Assembly: GCA_964016885.1 (NCBI GenBank) | Contig: OZ024759.1 | Coordinates: 13,330,001-13,394,000 of the forward strand | DNA: 64,000 nt | Origin: Eledone cirrhosa | Lineage: Eukaryota | Reading direction: 5' to 3' | In this document: positions 26,401-39,257 of the stretch, one piece after another | Position numbering within the stretch: position 1 is the stretch's first letter | How the letters are laid out: the number at the start of each line of letters is the position of its first letter | Notes under the pieces: model-generated | The model's input: only the letters and a program-made list of their open reading frames with translations | Told to the model about the DNA's origin: nothing | Database searches by the model: none | Translations under genes and position numbers: made by a program

Positions 26401-29400
26401 GGGAGTTTGGTTCCTCTGTGTTTAGACCTGGTGTAATGAGAGAGGGAGAGGGTGAGAGAGACAGGCAATGACAGTGGGAGTTTGGTTCCTCTGTGTTTAG
26501 ACCTGGTGTATATGAGAGAGGGAGAGGGTGAGAGAGACAGGCAATGACAGTGGGAGTTTGGTTCCTCTGTGTTTGGACCTGGTGTATATGAGAGAGGGAG
26601 AGGGTGAGAGAGACAGGCAATGACAGTGGGAGTTTGGTTCCTCTGTGTTTGGACCTGGTGTATATGAGAGAGGGTGAGGGTGAGAGAGACAGGCAATGAC
26701 AGTGGGAGTTTGGTTCCTCTGTGTTTAGACCCGGTGTATATGAGAGAGGGAGAGGGTGAGAGAGACAGGCAATGACAGTGGGAGTTTGGTTCCTCTGTGT
26801 TTAGACCTGGTGTATATGAGAGAGGGAGAGGGTGAGAGAGACAGGCAATGACAGTGGGAGTTTGGTTCCTCTGTGTTTGGACCTGGTGTATATGAGAGAT
26901 GACAGTGGGAGTTTGGTTCCTCTGTGTTTGGACCTGGTGTATATGAGAGAGGGAGAGGGTGAGAGAGACAGGCAATGACAGTGGGAGTTTGGTTCCTCTG
27001 TGTTTGGACCTGGTGTATATGAGAGAGGGAGAGGGTGAGAGAGACAGGCAATGACAGTGGGAGTTTGGTTCCTCTGTGTTTAGACCTGGTGTATATGAGA
27101 GAGGGAGAGGGTGAGAGAGACAGGCAATGACAGTGGGAGTTTGGTTCCTCTGTGTTTGGACCTGGTGTATATGAGAGAGGGAGAGGGTGAGAGAGACAGG
27201 CAATGACAGTGGGAGTTTGGTTCCTCTGTGTTTGGACCTGGTGTATATGAGAGAGGGTGAGGGTGAGAGAGACAGGCAATGACAGTGGGAGTTTGGTTCC
27301 TCTGTGTTTGGACCTGGTGTATATGAGAGATGACAGTGGGAGTTTGGTTCCTCTGTGTTTGGACCTGGTGTATATGAGAGAGGGAGAGGGTGAGAGAGAC
27401 AGGCAATGACAGTGGGAGTTTGGTTCCTCTGTGTTTGGACCTGGTGTATATGAGAGATGACAGTGGGAGTTTGGTTCCTCTGTGTTTGGACCTGGTGTAT
27501 ATGAGAGAGGGAGAGGGTGAGAGAGACAGGCAATGACAGTGGGAGTTTGGTTCCTCTGTGTTTGGACCTGGTGTATATGAGAGAGGGAGAGGGTGAGAGA
27601 GACAGGCAATGACAGTGGGAGTTTGGTTCCTCTGTGTTTAGACCTGGTGTATATGAGAGAGGGAGAGGGTGAGAGAGACAGGCAATGACAGTGGGAGTTT
27701 GGTTCCTCTGTGTTTGGACCTGGTGTATATGAGAGATGACAGTGGGAGTTTGGTTCCTCTGTGTTTGGACCTGGTGTATATGAGAGAGGGAGAGGGTGAG
27801 AGAGACAGGCAATGACAGTGGGAGTTTGGTTCCTCTGTGTTTGGACCTGGTGTATATGAGAGATGACAGTGGGAGTTTGGTTCCTCTGTGTTTGGACCTG
27901 GTGTATATGAGAGAGGGAGAGGGTGAGAGAGACAGGCAATGACAGTGGGAGTTTGGTTCCTCTGTGTTTGGACCTGGTGTATATGAGAGAGGGAGAGGGT
28001 GAGAGAGACAGGCAATGACAGTGGGAGTTTGGTTCCTCTGTGTTTAGACCTGGTGTATATGAGAGAGGGAGAGGGTGAGAGAGACAGGCAATGACAGTGG
28101 GAGTTTGGTTCCTCTGTGTTTAGACCTGGTGTATATGAGAGAGGGAGAGGGTGAGAGAGACAGGCAATGACAGTGGGAGTTTGGTTCCTCTGTGTTTAGA
28201 CCTGGTGTATATGAGAGAGGGAGAGGGTGAGAGAGACAGGCAATGACAGTGGGAGTTTGGTTCCTCTGTGTTTGGACCTGGTGTATATGAGAGAGGGAGA
28301 GGGTGAGAGAGACAGGCAATGACAGTGGGAGTTTGGTTCCTCTGTGTTTGGACCTGGTGTATATGAGAGAGGGAGAGGGTGAGAGAGACAGGCAATGACA
28401 GTGGGAGTTTGGTTCCTCTGTGTTTGGACCTGGTGTATATGAGAGAGGGAGAGGGTGAGAGAGACAGGCAATGACAGTGGGAGTTTGGTTCCTCTGTGTT
28501 TAGACCTGGTGTATATGAGAGAGGGTGAGGGTGAGAGAGACAGGCAATGACAGTGGGAGTTTGGTTCCTCTGTGTTTAGACCTGGTGTATATGAGAGAGG
28601 GGTGAGGGTGAGAGAGACAGGCAATGACAGTGGGAGTTTGGTTCCTCTGTGTTTAGACCTGGTGTATATGAGAGAGGGGAGGGTGAGAGAGACAGGCAAT
28701 GACAGTGGGAGTTTGGTTCCTCTGTGTTTGGACCTGGTGTATATGAGAGATGGAGAGGGTGAGAGAGACAGGCAATGACAGTGGGAGTTTGGTTCCTCTG
28801 TGTTTAGACCTGGTGTATATGAGAGAGGGGAGGGTGAGAGAGACAGGCAATGACAGTGGAGTTTGGTTCCTCTGTGTTTGGACCTGGTGTATATGAGAGA
28901 TGGGAGAGGGTGAGAGAGACAGGCAATGACAGTGGGAGTTTGGTTCCTCTGTGTTTAGACCTGGTGTATATGAGAGAGGGAGAGGGTGAGAGAGACAGGC
29001 AATGACAGTGGGAGTTTGGTTCCTCTGTGTTTAGACCTGGTGTATATGAGAGAGGGTGAGGGTGAGAGAGACAGGCAATGACAGTGGGAGTTTGGTTCCT
29101 CTGTGTTTAGACCTGGTGTATATGAGAGAGGGAGAGGGTGAGAGAGACAGGCAATGACAGTGGGAGTTTGGTTCCTCTGTGTTTGGACCTGGTGTATATG
29201 AGAGAGGGTGAGGGTGAGAGAGACAGGCAATGACAGTGGGAGTTTGGTTCCTCTGTGTTTAGACCTGGTGTATATGAGAGATGGGAGAGGGTGAGAGAGA
29301 CAGGCAATGACAGTGGGAGTTTGGTTCCTCTGTGTTTGGACCTGGTGTATATGAGAGAGGGAGAGGGTGAGAGAGACAGGCAATGACAGTGGGAGTTTGG

Positions 29401-32400
29401 TTCCTCTGTGTTTGGACCTGGTGTATATGAGAGAGGGAGAGGGTGAGAGAGACAGGCAATGACAGTGGGAGTTTGGTTCCTCTGTGTTTGGACCTGGTGT
29501 ATATGAGAGAGGGAGAGGGTGAGAGAGACAGGCAATGACAGTGGGAGTTTGGTTCCTCTGTGTTTGGACCTGGTGTATATGAGAGAGGGAGAGGGTGAGA
29601 GAGACAGGCAATGACAGTGGGAGTTTGGTTCCTCTGTGTTTAGACCTGGTGTATATGAGAGAGGGAGAGGGTGAGAGAGACAGGCAATGACAGTGGGAGT
29701 TTGGTTCCTCTGTGTTTGGACCTGGTGTATATGAGAGAGGTGAGAGGTGAGAGAGACAGGCAATGACAGTGGGAGTTTGGTTCCTCTGTGTTTAGACCTG
29801 GTGTATATGAGAGAGGGAGAGGGTGAGAGAGACAGGCAATGACAGTGGGAGTTTGGTTCCTCTGTGTTTGGACCTGGTGTATATGAGAGAGGGAGAGGGT
29901 GAGAGAGACAGGCAATGACAGTGGGAGTTTGGTTCCTCTGTGTTTGGACCTGGTGTATATGAGAGAGGGAGAGGGTGAGAGAGACAGGCAATGACAGTGG
30001 GAGTTTGGTTCCTCTGTGTTTGGACCTGGTGTATATGAGAGAGGGAGAGGGTGAGAGAGACAGGCAATGACAGTGGGAGTTTGGTTCCTCTGTGTTTGGA
30101 CCTGGTGTATATGAGAGAGGGAGAGGGTGAGAGAGACAGGCAATGACAGTGGGAGTTTGGTTCCTCTGTGTTTAGACCTGGTGTATATGAGAGAGGGAGA
30201 GGGTGAGAGAGACAGGCAATGACAGTGGGAGTTTGGTTCCTCTGTGTTTGGACCTGGTGTATATGAGAGAGGGAGAGGGTGAGAGAGACAGGCAATGACA
30301 GTGGGAGTTTGGTTCCTCTGTGTTTGGACCTGGTGTATATGAGAGAGGGAGAGGGTGAGAGAGACAGGCAATGACAGTGGGAGTTTGGTTCCTCTGTGTT
30401 TGGACCTGGTGTATATGAGAGAGGGAGAGGGTGAGAGAGACAGGCAATGACAGTGGGAGTTTGGTTCCTCTGTGTTTGGACCTGGTGTATATGAGAGAGG
30501 GAGAGGGTGAGAGAGACAGGCAATGACAGTGGGAGTTTGGTTCCTCTGTGTTTAGACCTGGTGTATATGAGAGAGGGAGAGGGTGAGAGAGACAGGCAAT
30601 GACAGTGGGAGTTTGGTTCCTCTGTGTTTGGACCTGGTGTATATGAGAGAGGGAGAGGGTGAGAGAGACAGGCAATGACAGTGGGAGTTTGGTTCCTCTG
30701 TGTTTGGACCTGGTGTATATGAGAGAGGGAGAGGGTGAGAGAGACAGGCAATGACAGTGGGAGTTTGGTTCCTCTGTGTTTGGACCTGGTGTATATGAGA
30801 GAGGGAGAGGGTGAGAGAGACAGGCAATGACAGTGGGAGTTTGGTTCCTCTGTGTTTGGACCTGGTGTATATGAGAGAGGGAGAGGGTGAGAGAGACAGG
30901 CAATGACAGTGGGAGTTTGGTTCCTCTGTGTTTGGACCTGGTGTATATGAGAGAGGGAGAGGGTGAGAGAGACAGGCAATGACAGTGGGAGTTTGGTTCC
31001 TCTGTGTTTGGACCTGGTGTATATGAGAGAGGGTGAGGGTGAGAGAGACAGGCAATGACAGTGGGAGTTTGGTTCCTCTGTGTTTAGACCTGGTGTATAT
31101 GAGAGAGGGAGAGGGTGAGAGAGACAGGCAATGACAGTGGGAGTTTGGTTCCTCTGTGTTTGGACCTGGTGTATATGAGAGAGGGAGAGGGTGAGAGAGA
31201 CAGGCAATGACAGTGGGAGTTTGGTTCCTCTGTGTTTGGACCTGGTGTATATGAGAGAGGGAGAGGGTGAGAGAGACAGGCAATGACAGTGGGAGTTTGG
31301 TTCCTCTGTGTTTGGACCTGGTGTATATGAGAGAGGGAGAGGGTGAGAGAGACAGGCAATGACAGTGGGAGTTTGGTTCCTCTGTGTTTAGACCTGGTGT
31401 ATATGAGAGAGGGAGAGGGTGAGAGAGACAGGCAATGACAGTGGGAGTTTGGTTCCTCTGTGTTTAGACCTGGTGTATATGAGAGAGGGTGAGGGTGAGA
31501 GAGACAGGCAATGACAGTGGGAGTTTGGTTCCTCTGTGTTTAGACCTGGTGTATATGAGAGAGGGAGAGGGTGAGAGAGACAGGCAATGACAGTGGGAGT
31601 TTGGTTCCTCTGTGTTTGGACCTGGTGTATATGAGAGAGGGAGAGGGTGAGAGAGACAGGCAATGACAGTGGGAGTTTGGTTCCTCTGTGTTTGGACCTG
31701 GTGTATATGAGAGAGGGAGAGGGTGAGAGAGACAGGCAATGACAGTGGGAGTTTGGTTCCTCTGTGTTTGGACCTGGTGTATATGAGAGAGGGAGAGGGT
31801 GAGAGAGACAGGCAATGACAGTGGGAGTTTGGTTCCTCTGTGTTTGGACCTGGTGTATATGAGAGAGGGAGAGGGTGAGAGAGACAGGCAATGACAGTGG
31901 GAGTTTGGTTCCTCTGTGTTTGGACCTGGTGTATATGAGAGAGGGAGAGGGTGAGAGAGACAGGCAATGACAGTGGGAGTTTGGTTCCTCTGTGTTTAGA
32001 CCTGGTGTATATGAGAGAGGGAGAGGGTGAGAGAGACAGGCAATGACAGTGGGAGTTTGGTTCCTCTGTGTTTGGACCTGGTGTATATGAGAGAGGGAGA
32101 GGGTGAGAGAGACAGGCAATGACAGTGGGAGTTTGGTTCCTCTGTGTTTAGACCTGGTGTATATGAGAGAGGGAGAGGGTGAGAGAGACAGGCAATGACA
32201 GTGGGAGTTTGGTTCCTCTGTGTTTAGACCTGGTGTATATGAGAGAGGGTGAGGGTGAGAGAGACAGGCAATGACAGTGGGAGTTTGGTTCCTCTGTGTT
32301 TGGACCTGGTGTATATGAGAGAGGGTGAGGGTGAGAGAGACAGGCAATGACAGTGGGAGTTTGGTTCCTCTGTGTTTGGACCTGGTGTATATGAGAGAGG

Positions 32401-35400
32401 GTGAGGGTGAGAGAGACAGGCAATGACAGTGGGAGTTTGGTTCCTCTGTGTTTGGACCTGGTGTATATGAGAGAGGGAGAGGGTGAGAGAGACAGGCAAT
32501 GACAGTGGGAGTTTGGTTCCTCTGTGTTTAGACCTGGTGTATATGAGAGAGGGAGAGGGTGAGAGAGACAGGCAATGACAGTGGGAGTTTGGTTCCTCTG
32601 TGTTTGGACCTGGTGTATATGAGAGAGGGAGAGGGTGAGAGAGACAGGCAATGACAGTGGGAGTTTGGTTCCTCTGTGTTTGGACCTGGTGTATATGAGA
32701 GAGGGAGAGGGTGAGAGAGACAGGCAATGACAGTGGGAGTTTGGTTCCTCTGTGTTTGGACCTGGTGTATATGAGAGAGGGAGAGGGTGAGAGAGACAGG
32801 CAATGACAGTGGGAGTTTGGTTCCTCTGTGTTTGGACCTGGTGTATATGAGAGAGGGAGAGGGTGAGAGAGACAGGCAATGACAGTGGGAGTTTGGTTCC
32901 TCTGTGTTTGGACCTGGTGTATATGAGAGAGGGAGAGGGTGAGAGAGACAGGCAATGACAGTGGGAGTTTGGTTCCTCTGTGTTTAGACCTGGTGTATAT
33001 GAGAGAGGGAGAGGGTGAGAGAGACAGGCAATGACAGTGGGAGTTTGGTTCCTCTGTGTTTGGACCTGGTGTATATGAGAGAGGGAGAGGGTGAGAGAGA
33101 CAGGCAATGACAGTGGGAGTTTGGTTCCTCTGTGTTTAGACCTGGTGTATATGAGAGAGGGTGAGGGTGAGAGAGACAGGCAATGACAGTGGGAGTTTGG
33201 TTCCTCTGTGTTTGGACCTGGTGTATATGAGAGAGGGAGAGGGTGAGAGAGACAGGCAATGACAGTGGGAGTTTGGTTCCTCTGTGTTTAGACCTGGTGT
33301 ATATGAGAGAGGGAGAGGGTGAGAGAGACAGGCAATGACAGTGGGAGTTTGGTTCCTCTGTGTTTGGACCTGGTGTATATGAGAGAGGGAGAGGGTGAGA
33401 GAGACAGGCAATGACAGTGGGAGTTTGGTTCCTCTGTGTTTAGACCTGGTGTATATGAGAGAGGGAGAGGGTGAGAGAGACAGGCAATGACAGTGGGAGT
33501 TTGGTTCCTCTGTGTTTGGACCTGGTGTATATGAGAGAGGGAGAGGGTGAGAGAGACAGGCAATGACAGTGGGAGTTTGGTTCCTCTGTGTTTAGACCTG
33601 GTGTATATGAGAGAGGGAGAGGGTGAGAGAGACAGGCAATGACAGTGGGAGTTTGGTTCCTCTGTGTTTGGACCTGGTGTATATGAGAGAGGGAGAGGGT
33701 GAGAGAGACAGGCAATGACAGTGGGAGTTTGGTTCCTCTGTGTTTGGACCTGGTGTATATGAGAGAGGGAGAGGGTGAGAGAGACAGGCAATGACAGTGG
33801 GAGTTTGGTTCCTCTGTGTTTAGACCTGGTGTATATGAGAGGTGGGGAGGGTGAGAGAGACAGGCAATGACAGTGGGAGTTTGGTTCCTCTGTGTTTAGG
33901 ACCTGGTGTATATGAGAGAGGGAGAGGGTGAGAGAGACAGGCAATGACAGTGGGAGTTTGGTTCCTCTGTGTTTAGACCTGGTGTATATGAGAGAGGGAG
34001 AGGGTGAGAGAGACAGGCAATGACAGTGGGAGTTTGGTTCCTCTGTGTTTGGACCTGGTGTATATGAGAGAGGGAGAGGGTGAGAGAGACAGGCAATGAC
34101 AGTGGGAGTTTGGTTCCTCTGTGTTTGGACCTGGTGTATATGAGAGAGGGAGAGGGTGAGAGAGACAGGCAATGACAGTGGGAGTTTGGTTCCTCTGTGT
34201 TTAGACCTGGTGTATATGAGAGGTGGGGAGGGTGAGAGAGACAGGCAATGACAGTGGGAGTTTGGTTCCTCTGTGTTTGGACCTGGTGTATATGAGAGAG
34301 GGAGAGGGTGAGAGAGACAGGCAATGACAGTGGGAGTTTGGTTCCTCTGTGTTTAGACCTGGTGTATATGAGAGAGGGAGAGGGTGAGAGAGACAGGCAA
34401 TGACAGTGGGAGTTTGGTTCCTCTGTGTTTAGACCTGGTGTATATGAGAGAGGGAGAGGGTGAGAGAGACAGGCAATGACAGTGGGAGTTTGGTTCCTCT
34501 GTGTTTAGACCTGGTGTATATGAGAGAGGGAGAGGGTGAGAGAGACAGGCAATGACAGTGGGAGTTTGGTTCCTCTGTGTTTAGACCTGGTGTATATGAG
34601 AGAGGGAGAGGGTGAGAGAGACAGGCAATGACAGTGGGAGTTTGGTTCCTCTGTGTTTAGACCTGGTGTATATGAGAGAGGGAGAGGGTGAGAGAGACAG
34701 GCAATGACAGTGGGAGTTTGGTTCCTCTGTGTTTAGACCTGGTGTATATGAGAGAGGGAGAGGGTGAGAGAGACAGGCAATGACAGTGGGAGTTTGGTTC
34801 CTCTGTGTTTAGACCTGGTGTATATGAGAGAGGGAGAGGGTGAGAGAGACAGGCAATGACAGTGGGAGTTTGGTTCCTCTGTGTTTAGACCTGGTGTATA
34901 TGAGAGAGGGAGAGGGTGAGAGAGACAGGCAATGACAGTGGGAGTTTGGTTCCTCTGTGTTTAGACCTGGTGTATATGAGAGAGGGAGAGGGTGAGAGAG
35001 ACAGGCAATGACAGTGGGAGTTTGGTTCCTCTGTGTTTAGACCTGGTGTATATGAGAGAGGGAGAGGGTGAGAGAGACAGGCAATGACAGTGGGAGTTTG
35101 GTTCCTCTGTGTTTAGACCTGGTGTATATGAGAGGTGGGGAGGGTGAGAGAGACAGGCAATGACAGTGGGAGTTTGGTTCCTCTGTGTTTGGACCTGGTG
35201 TATATGAGAGAGGGAGAGGGTGAGAGAGACAGGCAATGACAGTGGGAGTTTGGCTCTTCTGTGTTTAGACCTGGTGTATATGAGAGGTGGGGAGGGTGAG
35301 AGAGACAGGCAATGACAGTGGGAGTTTGGTTCCTCTGTGTTTAGACCTGGTGTATATGAGAGAGGGAGAGGGTGAGAGAGACAGGCAATGACAGTGGGAG

Positions 35401-38400
35401 TTTGGTTCCTCTGTGTTTAGACCTGGTGTATATGAGAGAGGGAGAGGGTGAGAGAGACAGGCAATGACAGTGGGAGTTTGGTTCCTCTGTGTTTAGACCT
35501 GGTGTATATGAGAGAGGGAGAGGGTGAGAGAGACAGGCAATGACAGTGGGAGTTTGGTTCCTCTGTGTTTAGACCTGGTGTATATGAGAGAGGGAGAGGG
35601 TGAGAGAGACAGGCAATGACAGTGGGAGTTTGGTTCCTCTGTGTTTAGACCTGGTGTATATGAGAGGTGGGGAGGGTGAGAGAGACAGGCAATGACAGTG
35701 GGAGTTTGGTTCCTCTGTGTTTGGACCTGGTGTATATGAGAGAGGGAGAGGGTGAGAGAGACAGGCAATGACAGTGGGAGTTTGGCTCTTCTGTGTTTAG
35801 ACCTGGTGTATATGAGAGGTGGGGAGGGTGAGAGAGACAGGCAATGACAGTGGGAGTTTGGTTCCTCTGTGTTTGGACCTGGTGTATATGAGAGAGGGAG
35901 AGGGTGAGAGAGACAGGCAATGACAGTGGGAGTTTGGTTCCTCTGTGTTTAGACCTGGTGTATATGAGAGGTGGGGAGGGTGAGAGAGACAGGCAATGAC
36001 AGTGGGAGTTTGGTTCCTCTGTGTTTGGACCTGGTGTATATGAGAGAGGGAGAGGGTGAGAGAGACAGGCAATGACAGTGGGAGTTTGGTTCCTCTGTGT
36101 TTAGACCTGGTGTATATGAGAGAGGGAGAGGGTGAGAGAGACAGGCAATGACAGTGGGAGTTTGGTTCCTCTGTGTTTGGACCTGGTGTATATGAGAGAG
36201 GGAGAGGGTGAGAGAGACAGGCAATGACAGTGGGAGTTTGGTTCCTCTGTGTTTAGACCTGGTGTATATGAGAGAGGGAGAGGGTGAGAGAGACAGGCAA
36301 TGACAGTGGGAGTTTGGTTCCTCTGTGTTTGGACCTGGTGTATATGAGAGAGGGAGAGGGTGAGAGAGACAGGCAATGACAGTGGGAGTTTGGTTCCTCT
36401 GTGTTTAGACCTGGTGTATATGAGAGATGGAGAGGGTGAGAGACAGGCAATGACAGTGGAGTTTGGTTCCTCTGTGTTTAGACCTGGTGTATATGAGAGG
36501 TGGGGAGGGTGAGAGAGACAGGCAATGACAGTGGGAGTTTGGTTCCTCTGTGTTTGGACCTGGTGTATATGAGAGAGGGAGAGGGTGAGAGAGACAGGCA
36601 ATGACAGTGGGAGTTTGGCTCTTCTGTGTTTAGACCTGGTGTATATGAGAGGTGGGGAGGGTGAGAGAGACAGGCAATGACAGTGGGAGTTTGGTTCCTC
36701 TGTGTTTGGACCTGGTGTATATGAGAGAGGGAGAGGGTGAGAGAGACAGGCAATGACAGTGGGAGTTTGGTTCCTCTGTGTTTGGACCTGGTGTATATGA
36801 GAGAGGGAGAGGGTGAGAGAGACAGGCAATGACAGTGGGAGTTTGGTTCCTCTGTGTTTAGACCTGGTGTATATGAGAGAGGGAGAGGGTGAGAGAGACA
36901 GGCAATGACAGTGGGAGTTTGGCTCTTCTGTGTTTAGACCTGGTGTATATGAGAGAGGGAGAGGGTGAGAGAGACAGGCAATGACAGTGGGAGTTTGGTT
37001 CCTCTGTGTTTAGACCTGGTGTATATGAGAGAGGGAGAGGGTGAGAGAGACAGGCAATGACAGTGGGAGTTTGGTTCCTCTGTGTTTGGACCTGGTGTAT
37101 ATGAGAGAGGGAGAGGGTGAGAGAGACAGGCAATGACAGTGGGAGTTTGGTTCCTCTGTGTTTGGACCTGGTGTATATGAGAGAGGGAGAGGGTGAGAGA
37201 GACAGGCAATGACAGTGGGAGTTTGGTTCCTCTGTGTTTAGACCTGGTGTATATGAGAGAGGGAGAGGGTGAGAGAGACAGGCAATGACAGTGGGAGTTT
37301 GGCTCTTCTGTGTTTAGACCTGGTGTATATGAGAGAGGGAGAGGGTGAGAGAGACAGGCAATGACAGTGGGAGTTTGGTTCCTCTGTGTTTAGACCTGGT
37401 GTATATGAGAGAGGGAGAGGGTGAGAGAGACAGGCAATGACAGTGGGAGTTTGGTTCCTCTGTGTTTGGACCTGGTGTATATGAGAGAGGGAGAGGGTGA
37501 GAGAGACAGGCAATGACAGTGGGAGTTTGGTTCCTCTGTGTTTGGACCTGGTGTATATGAGAGAGGGAGAGGGTGAGAGAGACAGGCAATGACAGTGGGA
37601 GTTTGGTTCCTCTGTGTTTAGACCTGGTGTATATGAGAGAGGGAGAGGGTGAGAGAGACAGGCAATGACAGTGGGAGTTTGGCTCTTCTGTGTTTAGACC
37701 TGGTGTATATGAGAGAGGGAGAGGGTGAGAGAGACAGGCAATGACAGTGGGAGTTTGGTTCCTCTGTGTTTAGACCTGGTGTATATGAGAGAGGGAGAGG
37801 GTGAGAGAGACAGGCAATGACAGTGGGAGTTTGGTTCCTCTGTGTTTGGACCTGGTGTATATGAGAGAGGGAGAGGGTGAGAGAGACAGGCAATGACAGT
37901 GGGAGTTTGGTTCCTCTGTGTTTAGACCTGGTGTATATGAGAGGTGGGGAGGGTGAGAGAGACAGGCAATGACAGTGGGAGTTTGGTTCCTCTGTGTTTG
38001 GACCTGGTGTATATGAGAGAGGGAGAGGGTGAGAGAGACAGGCAATGACAGTGGGAGTTTGGCTCTTCTGTGTTTAGACCTGGTGTATATGAGAGGTGGG
38101 GAGGGTGAGAGAGACAGGCAATGACAGTGGGAGTTTGGTTCCTCTGTGTTTGGACCTGGTGTATATGAGAGAGGGTGAGGGTGAGAGAGACAGGCAATGA
38201 CAGTGGGAGTTTGGTTCCTCTGTGTTTAGACCTGGTGTATATGAGAGAGGGAGAGGGTGAGAGAGACAGGCAATGACAGTGGGAGTTTGGTTCCTCTGTG
38301 TTTAGACCTGGTGTATATGAGAGGTGGGGAGGGTGAGAGAGACAGGCAATGACAGTGGGAGTTTGGTTCCTCTGTGTTTAGACCTGGTGTATATGAGAGA

Positions 38401-38700
38401 GGGAGAGGGTGAGAGAGACAGGCAATGACAGTGGGAGTTTGGTTCCTCTGTGTTTAGACCTGGTGTATATGAGAGAGGGTGAGGGTGAGAGAGACAGGCA
38501 ATGACAGTGGGAGTTTGGTTCCTCTGTGTTTAGACCTGGTGTATATGAGAGAGGGAGAGGGTGAGAGAGACAGGCAATGACAGTGGGAGTTTGGTTCCTC
38601 TGTGTTTGGACCTGGTGTATATGAGAGATGGAGAGGGTGAGAGAGACAGGCAATGACAGTGGGAGTTTGGTTCCTCTGTGTTCAGATCTGGTGTACATGT
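8406..38700. repeat. 76-bp tandem array, about 400 units
   Basis: Consensus GGAGTTTGGTTCCTCTGTGTTT(A/G)GACCTGGTGTATATGAGAGAGGGAGAGGGTGAGAGAGACAGGCAATGACAGTG. 30295 bp / 76 is about 399. No unique spacers. The left end is lost in the gap. Confidence 0.99.
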
Positions 38701-39257
38701 GTGAGTAATTTTACACTATCGACCCTTTCTTTACTTCTCTATGAGGGGATGGAGATATTTGTCACTTATGAAATTGTTATATTTTAGTTCAATATATACA
38801 ATGTAACCCTTTCATTACCATATTTTTAATGAGAAACACTGCCTATCATTTTCATATATATTTTTAACTAATCAAGTATTTACACAGTCTCTAGATATTT
38901 TATAGGCTAATTTGTAAATCTAAAATTAATTATCTTTCTCTTGTAATTGACAGAACTAATTGCTCTATTTTCAATTTCTGATAGAATTTTGTTGCACTAT
39001 TATTTCTTTTATTCAATATTTTCGAAAAGACAATTTTAATTTTCGAGTAAAGTAATTTCCTCTTTGCAGTTTGTCTGTCATACAATCTTTTTTCTTTCTT
39101 TTTTTTTTAAATTTATTTATAAATTGTATTGTGGTTTAGTAATTAATTTCTTTTTATTTAAATAAATGTTTTCAATAGAGAAATGTAATTCTTTGTGCAA
39201 GCAAAATTTTTTAAAACACAAACACACAAAAATAAATGAATTTAACCTTTTTGATAT

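Noticed and set aside
8406-38700. CRISPR array, or a long repetitive protein (minus-strand ORFs up to 843 aa)
   Set aside because: There are no unique spacers or cas genes and the context is eukaryotic. A 76-bp unit is not a multiple of 3, so the ORFs cycle through frames and their lengths simply track the A/G variant.
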